Positions 24,788-38,231 of a stretch of 64,000 bases of DNA are shown piece after piece. Each line of letters opens with the position of its first letter. Position 1 is the first letter of the stretch. The DNA comes from Octopus sinensis (taxonomy: Eukaryota): assembly GCF_006345805.1 (NCBI RefSeq), contig NC_043005.1, positions 62,682,001 to 62,746,000 of the forward strand, written 5' to 3'. A program made the translations under genes and the position numbers. The notes below the pieces were generated by a model that saw nothing but the letters and a program-made list of their open reading frames with translations, was not told the origin of the DNA and made no database searches.

Positions 24788-26039
24788 GTAAGATTAAAAA
24801 CGCTGATGTCCAGATTATTTTGTTAAGAGATCTATATCTTGAAATAGAATTTTTGCAACTGATACTTAAAAGTATCCCCATTTTACAACTAAACAATATT
24901 GAGAATTCTGATGCATTCATGCAATAAATCACTCGAGATATTTCTTAGCTTCTTAATAAGCATATATGATTAAGAAGATATTGTACATAGCCTTTAAACC
25001 ATAACAAAAATAATTTCTAATTTTGATACATAGTGGTAGCTAGAATTGCAGACTAAATTCCAGTGATAGAATATATAAATGGTTGGTTTTCTAGTAACCA
25101 TTTACTCAGTTATCTACTCTCTTATTTTGTATTGAAGTAAAAAGTACCTAACTTCTGACATTACAAAAATAAAGTATTAGGACAGCTACTTAATAAAGGT
25201 AATGCAAGAGCTAACTTATCATTTGCTAAACTCTTGTATGAAATATAGTGAGTACTGAAGTGTACTTTCTCTATTCAACTCATGACAGCCAAGTAGAAAT
25301 AAGAGTAAATTTGTCAAAGGTTGAACTAAATCAGTGAACAATTTTACTAATTCTCCTGTGTACAAAGTTGGAGTGAAATCTTCTCAAATCTTCCTTAGGA
25401 GGTCTACAGTGAGATGGTAAAAGAAATTGTAGGGTTGCATGTGAACACTCCCCTTTTAGCTCATTCAATATCACTTATCCTAAGAGAGAAAGGAGAAATG
25501 GCACCAGTACTCATTTCACAATTAATTTCGTAACCATGATGGATGAAATGTAAAGACTGTCTTGGTATGATTTAAACTCTAAATGTAGAGCCAGTGCAAA
25601 TATTGCAAAGCATTTTATTCAATGCTCAAATGACTTAGCCTAATCACTGTTTTAATTGTCTCAGATGGGAATCAATGTCAGGAAAAATACTCATCATTAT
25701 CATTTACTTGTATGTGTTAGGGGGGATTGACAGAATCTGAGTCAGAACTTATTAAATTTAATGCCTTCTTAGAAAAGTTGGAGGATCATGTGTTGCTCAG
25801 ACATTTCAGTTTTGGCAAAGTTTTTACAGCTAGATATGCTTTCAAATATCATCCATTTCACAGAGTGTGCTGGGTATATTTTATCATAACATCAACAGTT
25901 GAGAAATTATCATACTATCAGCAGACTTTAAGAGGTCCTTTTAATCCTGTGTTGTTCTTGCTCAGTATGCCAACCTCATTACAGAGTGTGTTGGGTGCAT
26001 TTTATCAAGGCACCAGCATTATAGAGGTCACCTTGTAAC

Positions 26040-26500
26040 CTGCAAGACTAAATAACCCTTTCAAATGAGAAGGAAAATAGGAAAGAGAATGATTGCATAA
26101 GGTGAAGTATTGAGATAAGTTAAAATATGATGGGAGGTGACTGTGCTGAAGAAGGAAGTGGTAGAAAGAGAAAAAGTGTAATGTTGGGGGATAGTGAAAG
26201 AGAGAGAGAGTATCGTAGAGGTGATAAGGAGGGTAAATTGGGTTGAGGAGAAGATAAATTCTGTGATATCCCATGCTACATGGGTATATGGGGTAGATGG
26301 ATGTGTACCTGAATGAGGCGATGGTGTTGAGGAACTGGAGTGTTCTCTCAAAGTAATGTATCCAAGAAAGTGAATCAAAGGATGTGTGGTACCAGAAGAA
26401 TCAGGAAGAATGAGTGAAGGTTGCAAGAGAGGAGTGTGAGTGAATGATAGAAATAAAGGTGGAGGTGGTCTTAGCTGAATAGGGGTCAAGGGGGTTAATG
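26040..26500 (-). mobile_element. Possible Penelope-like RT fragment
   Basis: Strong purine/pyrimidine skew. Minus frame FLNTIASFRYTSIYPIYP resembles the PLE motif LxSFDVTSLYxNIP. Confidence 0.35.
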
Positions 26501-26751
26501 CTCTATATAGGGTTTATACAAACATGGTGGTAATATTTATTAATATTTCAAGTTGAGGAATTCTATGTTACACATATACACTAGGTTTCTTACTGGTAGT
26601 GGATTTTGGGGAAAGTGATTATGCCATAATGTGAAAGATTTCACAACATCCATTGACTAATCACTTTATCTGAAAATTATTACTAACATGAAATCTGATG
26701 TTGTAATTACATAATGGAAAATTCTTTAAATTGAAACAATTATTCATGCAA

Positions 26752-26784
<33 letters not shown>

Positions 26785-26818
26785 TACTTACATGAATAAT
26801 AGTTTCAATATAAAGAAT

Positions 26819-26855
<37 letters not shown>

Positions 26856-27718
26856 CACATTACTTGAAGTAATATAATTGAATGAACTAGGATCTGTCCA
26901 AAGGAACTATGAAAGATATATGACAGCAACATTGTATTGTCTTCCTAGATAAGATATTTTCATTAGTTGCTCTGAAGCTAAGTTGGTACTGATTTGTGAT
27001 TGCTTATGCATACATGTCTGCACCAGTGGCATAATCCATCATACTCAAAACGCTATATTAACAGTCCACTGCTGGCATATTTCACCTTGAGAATTACTAT
27101 CACTTGTTTGATTGACCAGTTTCATAGTATAGTCATATTGACCACAATCTAACAGAGCTATCCAACAGTAACAGCAATGAAATTAACTACTCAGTTCAGA
27201 CAAGAGAGTATGAATTGATTTATTTTCTCAATCAACAGTTACAACTTACTAGCTTCTTGATAGTAGTTTCTAATCCTTTTCTGTTTAGTATGCAGTTTTA
27301 CCTGATGAATAAACTTTTAATTTTTAACTATCATAGAAGAAAATGAATGCTATTTTCATCTTATTTATTTCTTTTTCAATTATTGAAAATAATGTTATAT
27401 TTTACACTCCCTTGATATAAATGAATGTCAAAGTAATTCAATAAAAAAAGACATGATCTAACACAAAATTAATAAAATAGTATACACACACACATACAAA
27501 AACAAATGGAAGCATGCAATGAAGTCATCGTAGAAAAACAAGAGTGTATGTAATTATCTTGAGTATTTACATTGCATAAAATAAAGAACAACTAAGAGAG
27601 GTGTTTGTTGATAACTGAGGACACTAAATTATAAGCATTTCACTACAAGAATAGGACCTGGTTTGTTCAATAACTGACTTTCATACAATTTACTGCCCAA
27701 AATATTGGACAACAGCTA

Positions 27719-27761
<43 letters not shown>

Positions 27762-27775
27762 GTAATAATAATAAT
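27719..27775. repeat. (AAT)n microsatellite
   Basis: Direct sequence. Confidence 0.97.
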
Positions 27776-28337
27776 GCAGTACCAGGCAGTGGCTCTCATA
27801 GCTTTGCCCTGATGCAATACTAGGCAGTGGTTCTCATGGCTTTTGATCTTAACATTGTTTTGTCCTGGTATATAAGATTGGCTACAGCAAATATTCTGCC
27901 CAATACCACAGATTTGCTTGTCAGTTGTTTGACCATAACCAGTTGAGCATGTCTCTTAGTGGCTGATGATATGTGCATCTCTGATCATGAGCAGAAGTAG
28001 TGGGGGAACATCAGAGCCATGTGTTGAGAATCATTCTTTGTGGTTTGAATAATTCACCACTGGAAACTTGGATGTTTTGTTCATCATCCTTAAACAAACC
28101 TTATTCAGGGACCTTTTGAGTAGGATGGGCTACTTATCCTGAAGAAAATTCTAACACAGCCCCACCCGCAAGGCCATGCACTGTTTATCTTGATATGAGA
28201 TCACCATATCGTGCACATATGGTTGTGATGCATGTGCCTGGTGTACTATCATCAGATGGTTAGTCATGATGGGTATACTGGGCCTCATATATTTAACCCC
28301 AGTGTCACTTTGATGACACACACTGCTCTCTCACTCA
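27776..28337 (+). mobile_element. Non-coding (AAT)n-flanked element, copy 2 (longer at the 5' end)
   Basis: Matches 14062-14544 from attgttttgtc onward. The extra 5' ~80 bp contain a duplicated motif gcagtaccaggcagtggctctcatagctt / gcaatactaggcagtggttctcatggctt. Confidence 0.75.
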
Positions 28338-28350
28338 GTAATAATAATTA

Positions 28351-28554
28351 TTTCTACCATAGACAGAAGGCCTGAAATTTTGAGGGAGGGATAAGTTGAT
28401 TACATTGACCCAAGTCTTTCCTTGGTACTTAATTTATAAACCCCAAAAAGATGAAAGGCAAAGCCAGTCTTGGTGGAAATTGAACTCAGAACATAGCAAT
28501 GAGCGAAACACTACTTTTTGTTCAGCATGCTAACAATTCTGCCAGTTTGCTGCC
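28351..28554 (-). mobile_element. SINE family B
   Basis: Aligns with 63598-63810 (aaagatgaaaggcaaag..ttggtggaaattgaactcagaac..tgctaacaattctgccag). Confidence 0.75.
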
Positions 28555-28600
<46 letters not shown>

Positions 28601-28612
28601 TAATAATAATAA
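28555..28612. repeat. (AAT)n microsatellite
   Basis: Direct sequence. Confidence 0.97.
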
Positions 28613-28624
28613 AATATATATAAC

Positions 28625-28790
28625 ATACAGAAAATTGCACTACTGGGCACTGCACACATCCTACACAAAACCCTTTCAATACAGTAACCATAAGAGCATC
28701 ACAGCAAACCACAGCACATACCCAAGGCACACAGAGCTGTGCTTGGTAGTGAAGTGAAAGCACGTTATAAAAATAAAACTACTGAATAAA
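28625..28790 (+). mobile_element. Extreme 3' end of an RLE-type element
   Basis: IQKIALLGTAHILHKTLSIQ* matches the C-terminus IQKIVLMGPAHILRKILSM* at 13771. Followed by a short UTR and (AAT)n at 28790-28805. Confidence 0.75.
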
Positions 28791-31230
28791 ATAATAATAA
28801 TAATTCAAGTCATTTGTCATAATGTTAGGAAAAATACACAACATATGTAAAGTATAATACTTTTCCAAAGCAAACCTCATGATTGCATACTTAGTAGATA
28901 GTAAATGTTTTAATTGACACACTATAAAAGGACTATTTGTTTATGATATTAAGGAGTGCAAGTTGACTTTGCTGTGTGTTAGTGTTGTTGTTAAGGCCTA
29001 AAGACCCCATCGTAGAGCAGCCCAGTGATAAAAGACTTTCTAGCCATTTCATTATCATTTTTAACAAATAGTGTGTCTAAGAGGATATTTATCAAATATG
29101 TTCTCACTTCATGAGGTTAAATTGTAAGGTGTGGTTTCAGCTATATTTGGCTGCTGCTTATAACAAGTTGAACGAACATGTAGAGGCTCTCTCATTCTGT
29201 TCAGTAGTAGAGAGAATCAAATAAAAGTGTCTGATTAACATTTTTAATTTAGTTAACTCACCTTCCTTGTGGGAAATGTTTAACATTTAAAATTTGGAAA
29301 GAGTTTCTATTTGAACGTGATAGTGTTTATTTTGTGGAATATACACCATTCTGATCAGACTAATTGGCTGCATAAAAGATCCCAAGCTGCATTATTATAT
29401 TATAACATGCCACACTACATCATATATCAGTAACTTCTGATATGATGTGGCAAGCTGTCATAGTATAGTGATAAATAGTATATGTTATGAAGTATTGTGC
29501 GATATATGGTATTATTACAATGCAGTATTATGTGACATAGCAATATGTCAAATGGTGTGGTATTGATTTTTCATATTGTTAAGGGGCTGTAGAATGAAAT
29601 AGTATGTACAGATCAATAGAATATTTATAATAAAAAGAGATAAATATAAATATATAACTTTGAGAAAGTACGGATGCTTTCCTTCCAGTTAAATTCAAAT
29701 TATATCTGAACACTCCTCTTGAGTCTGAAATATTGATTAGTAAATGGGCAGACTGTTATTAATAGGACAACTCTGACTGAAACTTATGACAACTGCGAAA
29801 TTAATTATTTTAGTAATTTGCAAATGCATTAGCATAAAAATCAGAAAGTTGGATTCATTGATTCATAAGTTTGCAACTTCATGAGTTCAAACTATACCTG
29901 CAGAGATTTTAATGGTGTATGTCAACAACTGTAAAATTTCATACTTGAAGAATTGGAAATGTCTACATTTATGTCATCATTTACCACTGCTAACTTATTT
30001 AATGCATAGAGCATTATTATGAAGCAGAAATAATTATGCAGTTTGGGAAAGAATAAAGGAATATCAATCAATGATTAATATTATTTTCAACGTTTGTTAA
30101 AGCCATCTTTGTCTTTTCTCCTTTCTGGATCAATAAAATAAGGTACCAGTCAAGAGTTGGTGTCAATTTAATTGACTATTGTCTCTACCAAAATGTGTGG
30201 TCATTTGCCAATGTTTGAAAGAAATATTGTTTACATTATTTTGGCAAGAATAGGAGACAACTGAAGACATTTTCATTTTATTATAATTATCTTACAGTAA
30301 GCCAACTTGCTCTGAAGAAATAATAATTTAACAATTCGCTACTTTACAATCTGCAGAATACTTATAAATAACAATTACAAACTTCAAGCAACAATTTTCT
30401 TTTAGTTTATGAGAGTGAAATATCAGAAAAAGAATAGTATTTTATGTTTCATCATTAAATTCAAAGGATAATTAAATATTTAATTCGTTAGTCATTCCTT
30501 TGTTTACTACCACTTGTTTCATGGCAGATAAATTAAGTTCAGTATGGTCACTAGACATATATAAGTATGTGTGTGTGCTTATATACAAATGAATGTCTAT
30601 GTATCTATCTATCTATATCTATATTTTGCTTTCATGGCTGTAGAGGCCAAGAAGCTCACTTCAAAACTACATGGATTTTAGGTTCGGTTCCACTATGTGG
30701 GACTTTTGGTAACTGTCTTTTTCTATCATTACAGGTCAACAAACTCTTTATAAAAAAATTTTGAAAAAATTTGATAGTTAGAAACTGAAAGCTTGTGTGT
30801 GTGTGTGTGTGTGTGTGTGAGCGTGCAGATGTCAGTATTTGTTTACATTTGCATTATTTTAAAAGTTGTTGGCCAACATATGTTGGTAATGGTGTCACTC
30901 TCCTTGCCAACAAATTATCTGCAGCTTCACACCTTTGAAAACATATGAAATAAGAGATCTCTTCTTTGAAAAACAAATAAGGATCAATGACAGGGAGGTC
31001 ATCCAGCTGTAAAACAATGCTTTGATGATATATCTGTCCTACCAATGGAAGCATGGAAAGACAAATGTAAAATGAACAAACCAATGAGAATATAAACACA
31101 TACATATTTATGAGAGATAATCAACACAAGAATCGCACACTTGGATGACAATGTTTGACATGGTAACTAACCAGTCATGTGAGCAGATTTGAAAGAAATG
31201 AAATGTCTTTTATTATTATTTCCAAACCAG

Positions 31231-31273
31231 CTGGACATGCAGAGTCAACTGGTCAAATGAAACTGTGGCTTGG
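31231..31273 (+). other. Candidate 43-bp internal exon
   Basis: tcttttattattatttccaaacCAG acceptor and TGG|GTATGA donor. Open frames WTCRVNWSNETVAW or GHAESTGQMKLWL. Weak evidence. Confidence 0.2.
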
Positions 31274-34200
31274 GTATGAAATTGTCTCACATAAATTTAT
31301 ATATCTAAGATTATTCATACTTCCAGAATTTAGTTTTATTGAGCATTTTAAAGTTTTTATATCTTAATATAAAAAAAAGAAACAATATAAATATATGAGT
31401 AAAAATTTGGTGAGTAAATACTCAATAGAAGTAGTAAAGTTTATCATGTCATTTGAAGTAGGTGGTTCACTCAGTTACTGCTGGCTGCCTATATCTAAGT
31501 TGACAGATACAAACTCAGAAAAACCATAGATGAACATTTGAATGAAAAGTTCAGTTCAGTATTATATATTGCCAGACTGAGAAAACAAAGAAAAATTCTT
31601 ACTAATACACAAATAGATGCCCAAATAACTTATGAACTTCCAAAATATGGAAGATATAAAACTTGACCAAAATAGATTGAAAAAGATATAAATAATGGGA
31701 CATGACAAATAAGACAACATTTATTGTCTTGATTCTAAAAGAATAATAAAATCAACATTTCAGTCATGATAAGAAAGAGTAGGGCTATAAATATAAACTA
31801 AAAACTTAGTCAACAGAGTACAAGACAGCTACCAGGAAAGTTATTGGTTTGCATCCTGTTACTGCCACTACATAGTGTCCATTCACTGAATCTCAAATGA
31901 TCCATTCCATGCATGCTAAAAGGAAAACAATGTCACTGAAAGGAATTCTGTTATTGTAAAATTGTGCTAAGTTTAACTGTTAAGGGAATAACTCTGAGAA
32001 GGATAGGTTTTACCATATCTAGACACTCACTAGACATACTGTGCCAAGTTCAAGTTTCCAGTGTTGCACAGTTGAGCAGTGGGTTTAAAACTCACTACTA
32101 TTACCATCAAACATAATTTATTATTGACTTGGCAGAATCAGCACACACTAGCAATAAGTTTGTTTTACTGAATTTTGTAAGTAATAATGACCATTCTTGT
32201 TTACATTCAGTGACTTGGGAAGTTGCTAGCTCCCCTACATCATTCAGTGTATTGTCAACATAAATTGTCTAAGGGGAGACATGTTTTTTAAAGGCGATAT
32301 ACAGCAGCCATTAACATATTTACATTGAAATCTAAATCTATCAAAACATATCAAGAAGGAATATGTACCTCATCACTGAAATATTACATAGCTGTTAATC
32401 AAGTCAATAAAGTATCCCTGATAAACCACAACTTATTATCTTGAAAAAGGTAGAATATTGGATAATATAGTTCTATATCCTTTATCTGAAAAAAGTGATA
32501 GACATGGTTGGAACAACTTGATCAGAGATCTGCCTGATTATACCTCACCCAAAACTAAGCAACAACAGATGTATGTCTGTTAGTTGATTGCTATATTAAC
32601 CAACTATGATTTTTTTTATCCTTTCTGTTTTTTGTTTTGTTTTGTTTTGACTTTTCTTAAGTATGAACTTATAAGTTTATATTCAGTTGAATAAATGAAC
32701 AGGAATATGTTTTAAACAAATAACACTTATCAAAATTATTTAATTTATTGCATCGGATTATTGATAACCAATCAAATATGACATTAGTCATACATAAATC
32801 TTAGTAAAGAATATAGAAATGACATTCACTAAATTTATCTAAAAATGGAATATTATCAATAAATTCATTTAACACTTTGTTTGACCCTACCCAAATATTT
32901 AAGCTATTTTTAACAAAATGGATATACAAATTGTTACTAACTTCTTTGAGATTTATTGAAAATTCAATAGAATTTTACAGGATTATTTTTCTGACTTTCT
33001 GCCAAGATTGCCTTTCCATTGATTAAAACTACTAAGATTCTGATTATATAATTTCAGATTTTCTATATAATTTTACAGCATTACTTTTACCATTCTCAAA
33101 GCCATATTTTTGCAGGTCAGATTCTTTTAACATTGAGAATATTTATGTATGTTAAACTGAGATCAGAGTATAAACTTTCAAAACTTTGACCTTAAAGTTT
33201 ATTAGGGAGTGTTTGAAAATGAATAAAAATCAACAAAACATAGTTTAACATTTCTCATATTTCATGTTTCCATGCCAAAGTTTTCCCAGCATTTGCCTGA
33301 TATACATCTTGGGGAGTTCAAAAAGAGCCACAAAGTCTTCTTGATGTCAAAACAGCAAATAAGTCTACAGACAGATGATGATGATCATGTGTCTGAATCA
33401 ATTATTAAATACAGGCACTTTAGGTCAACAATGTATCACTTGGCAATTTATTTCAATTTGATATTAAGCAGAAATGAAGAATACCAATTTTAATTCTATA
33501 ATGTTTGCTTTGACTATTATCTGTTTTATCCCAATTATCATTGTTTGAGCCATTTAGTTATCTTAAAACTATTTTGCTCATTAAATTACATTGTTGTCAT
33601 CATTCTAATTCACAAGTGAAAAAAAAATAGTGAAAAATTTGTGTTATTGCATGAGACTCACTAAACACATTCATACAACAATAACAGAGAATGTATATCT
33701 TTTTCTTTGATTATAACTATTTACATATGCTGCTATGATCTATATTTCTTATCTACTCAAACCTAAATTATTTTCATAAGCACTACTTTTAGACTTACCA
33801 GCTTACCTGAATTAGAATATACTTTTCATATTGATTTTGACCTTCTTAAAGATTAGAGATATATAACAGTATAAACTTAAGCTCAAACCAAGATAGTTAG
33901 GTTAATCAGATAATCAAACTGAAAAGCATTTATAAATGTTTAAAAAAACAAAGGTATTTCAGTTGAATTGAAACCTAAGAATAATGGAAAATCATAGTTT
34001 AACTGGTGAATAATATTAATTATATTACATTTGTTATGCTTACAGGGCAACTGTACATCAGATAAATATTCCATTCCTTCCTGGTTTTAGAGAAACCCTC
34101 CATTCTATTATAATATTCATAGATCATTATTTTTTTTTTGGAACCATGAGCAATAATTTTCAAGGTTTATTTATTGATATTGATATTTATCTATACTAAT

Positions 34201-34415
34201 AATAAAGCAGTGAGTTAGCAGGATCTTTAGCATACCAGGCAATATGCTTAGCAGTGTTCCATTGTCTGTAGCTTCTGAGTTCAAATTCTTCTGAGGTTGA
34301 CTTTGCCTTTCATCATTTTGAGGTCAGTAAAATAAATAACAGTTGAACACTGGGATCGATGTAATCAACTTACCCCTCCTCCAGACATACTGACCTTGAG
34401 TCAAAATTTGAAACC
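34201..34415 (+). mobile_element. SINE family B with 19-bp TSD
   Basis: B-box-like gagttcaaattc and core gttgactttgcctttcatc. The TSD gatatttatctatactaat is identical at 34182-34200 and 34416-34434. Confidence 0.85.
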
Positions 34416-35989
34416 GATATTTATCTATACTAATTACTTTTATCATTTTTGCTGTTGTTGAGTCCCTCCATGCTCACAGGTAAGACCCGATCAAGCATTC
34501 CTGTTATCAATGACATTCCTTCCATGACTATCGAATCTTATTGCATATTCAGGATTACATTGTCCTATACATCTTGTTTATGATTATACTATTGTTGTCC
34601 TTGTTCTTGATTAACACCAGATCAACTGTGAATAATCAGAGTTGTGACCACAGCACCTTTTTAAAGGGCATTATCTAATCTTTTTTTAAGATGGTAGTGA
34701 AATTGAAGTAAATTTAACTACTAATGTCTAGCCAATCACTCATTTCTACTGTTTCTATTGCCAAAATAAGACTGAAAGATAAAAAAAAATTAGTGCCTTA
34801 AAGATGAGTGATAAAATATATTGTCCTTTTCTTTTATTAACGAAGATTATAAATTCAATATTTGGTCAGGAAAAACAAGTGGAGAAGATCTGAAAATGTA
34901 TTAGTTCAGATAAAATAAAAAAAGTTTTTTCCCTTTTTAATCTATATAACACAGGCCAATCTAGCATATAGTTATAAAAGGACTGAGCTAATTAGAATAA
35001 AGGCACTTAAAACTTAAATAATTGTGAGTTTGAAACTATGATCAATAAGCCAAGAATCTAGCACCCTAACCTTGTTATATCATGTAAGATAAAAATTGAA
35101 AACAAATGACAAAACAGGAAATATGTAAATATGTAAACGTTATACATTCTATTGAGAGTTTTGTAGTCAGGTTGAACTACTGAAAGGTTATTGGAAAACT
35201 AAATAAAGAATTTTAAAAATGGAAATTCTTTTGAATTTTAATGACTGAATTAATATTGATGATATATCTACTTTATAATTGTTGTCAAACTAAACAAAGT
35301 GCAAAAGTTATGTGGAGAGAGGATTGGCTAAATGTGAGTAGAATTCTTAAATAAAATAGCTATATTCCCCAAAGGATAACCTAAAAGTAATGTACTGGTA
35401 AGATCAATAAAATAGAAAATGAACAAATATTGCAATAGAGCAAATACACACTTGTTAAACACTGGAGTACTAAGAGACAAGTGATGGTTTATATCAGCAA
35501 AAATCAGGCCAACAAAGCTTTAAAAATGGATAACATTAGTGTGACTTAATATGACAGCAATAAGAAGGAAGAAAAGATAGAAGTTAGGGGGAAAGATGAT
35601 GGTCAGTAAGTGGTCAGAACTAAAACATACAGAGGAAAACAAAATAAAATGATAAAATAAAGTAAAAATGAGAAAGTGAAGGAAAGGTAAAACAAGTGAG
35701 AAAAGAATAAGGAGGGAAAAAAGTGAGACAAGCTTAGGTTAAAATATGATGATCAACAAAGAGTTAAACTTGAACATTAACAGAGGTAATATAGGATAAC
35801 CAAAGCTAAAAATAGGGTGAGGAATATGCTATAACAACTGTAAAGGGAGGAAAAAGATGCAAAGATTAGGTGACAACAGAAAAGAAAGCAGAAACAGAAC
35901 AGACAAGGTAGAAAAAGTCAGAAAGTAAATATGAAGGAAAATAAAAAAGAACAATGAAAAATAGTTAAGAAAAAAACGTTATAAAAAAG

Positions 35990-37130
35990 GGAAACCACTC
36001 AATGTTGATAAGTTATGAAGTTCCAAGATTGAAAAGGAAATATTTCACTTTATGTTAACAACTGTTTCAAGATCCATTGTGTAAGTGATACTACATGCCA
36101 AAATTTGATTTGTAGAGTGACTCAAAGCAATGAAGTGTCATGTTTGAAGAATTACAAAGTGCAGTTCTGGACAAAAAGAAAGTACTCCTAACAGTAAATA
36201 CTCAAACAGTGTCCTTTTTAATCTATGTATAATACATTACAGAGGTTGTATATGATACAAAGTTGAGAGAAGTGCAGTTTGTTGATGATGGCTTAGAAAT
36301 TACTATGATGATGTGGTTATCAGGGTGGTGTTGAAGATAATGTTTAAAATAAAATAAAGCATTGAGAACAGGAAATATTTGAATATCTTGGCCTTGGAGT
36401 GGCTGGAACTTCTGATCAATCAATATACAAGACAGATATTTGTTCATTAAAAGAGAAGAGAATGATTTAAGATAGGAGTGGTTTCCAGCTCAGAATATTG
36501 GAAGCAAAAGTTACAAAGAATTATCCTTTGAAAAGAAAGAGCAGATGAGTGAAATTTGATAGAACTTTGCATTCAGATTTAAAAGTATATGTGATAGAAC
36601 TGTGGTGGTTTTGCAGAGAAGTTGGAATTGCTCAAGTGCAGCACTGACATGATATATGAATAAAAAGAAGTGATGCATTTCCTGAGATCGGAAGAGGAAA
36701 TCAAAGTCATTATTACATAACTGGCAAAATCAGATAATCTGAGTGTTCTGGAATGATAGACTAGATATGCGCCAGATGTGAAGAATAGAGATCAAGAAGA
36801 GTGGAAATTATTTTATAGTAGACAAAGATGTATAAGATGAAGGTTGTTAATAGCAACAGGGATATCAAGGAAAGTAACAGAAATTTCAAATATCGTGAAA
36901 GAAAATTCAATTTCAAGGTAAAAAAATAATCATTAATCCAAGTGATAAAGAAAGCAAGTTTTCTGGTGGAAGACATTCCTACTGATGTAATCTTTAATGA
37001 AATACCTTAAGAGTTCATGAATAAACTCAATGAACTGAAAAAGTATCCCAGATTCACTGAGATGTAGAAAATATTTAATGCAATAAGAGTCCATGTTAGT
37101 CTTCATAGCTTCATTACTGCCATGTGAGAA
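35990..37130 (-). mobile_element. Decayed Penelope-like element (RT C-half + GIY-YIG region)
   Basis: Minus strand: AMKTNM (cf. AMGTKM), ISVTFLDIPVAINNLHL, YSSHLAHI*SII (cf. SSHP..SIP), NCTSLNFVSY (cf. CTS.NVIY), and an IFNLGT-like terminus. Many lesions. Confidence 0.55.
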
Positions 37131-37997
37131 CTCACTAGAGTATACTAGATAAAATAAAGATGTGTTTTGTTGTTTGGGACTTATTGGTAGTACTAAATGT
37201 TAAGTAAGATAATTACATTTTTGACATAGCACGAAATATGTGGGCAAAAAGTAATTACATAATTTTACTTAGGTAAGTTGGAAGATACTCAATGCGTCAA
37301 CTACAAGCAAATATTATAGAGCAACTATGACTGCTGAGCTCAAAAATGTTAGATAGAAAATCAGAAAATGGAATTTTGGAGTATTTTTTACAAAATTAGT
37401 GGCAGTAGTAGAAACAGTATAAGAGGTGAGCTTGTGAATGGTAGTCTTACTTTATTTTTTAAAACTTTCATAAGATTTGACTAAGCTAGAAAAAAACATT
37501 TTATTGATGGAGATCTATAAAAGAATCCACTATAGTGTGTCTGTTATCAGTTGATTAGTACTTCTACTAGTTCCAAACTTTCTGAATGTGCGCAGTTGAC
37601 ATAGGCAGATATAGAAATATTATATTTCTTTTTCAGCATTTTTGTTTTGCTTTGTTTTTTTTTTAAATATCAAAACGTTGAGGTTGTGATTGTAGTTATT
37701 TATAAACAAGTCATTATAACCATCACCATTTTATGTCTGTTTTTCTATGCTGACATTGGTTCTCCAGTATAGCATCTTGTCACTTATTGCTCTTCTTTAT
37801 AATCTTTTTTTACAAGAATTAGGATCTTCAGATCAGCCCCTTCACCATTTCTTTGCATGTCTCCCTCAGTGTTCTTCTTCTGTAGATTTTTTTCCACAAA
37901 GCATTTCCTTTTCCAACGGTCATCCTTCATTTGCATCTCATGTCAAACACACAGCTGATTCCTTTTAAACTGTTTTTCTCACATGTATGTTAATATT

Positions 37998-38231
37998 ATT
38001 TTCATGTATCTTAATATATTTTCAAACTTTGACACAAGACTACCAATTTAATGAGAGGGTATATGTCAATTATATCAACCCCAGTGGTCAACTGGTATTT
38101 ATCTTATTGCCCCTGAAAGGATGAAAGACAAAGACACCCTCAGTGAAATTTGAACTCAGCACGTAAATATGGATGAAATGTCACAAAGTAATTTGGCTAG
38201 CATACTAAGGATTCTGCCATCTTGCTGCCTT
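37998..38231 (-). mobile_element. Old SINE family B copy
   Basis: Core ctgaaaggatgaaagacaaagac..tttgaactcag. Decayed 17-bp TSD: acatgtatgttaatatt (37981) vs atatgaatgttgatatt (38232). Confidence 0.7.

Noticed and set aside
27040-27160. Minus-strand SQGEICQQW resembling a kringle start
   Set aside because: Only a few residues match and the rest of the Cys pattern is absent.
30854-31105. 83-aa minus-strand ORF (QIYHQSIVLQLDDLPVIDPYLFF...)
   Set aside because: No recognisable motif and no convincing start or splice context. This length is within chance expectation, and RNA-seq would be needed.
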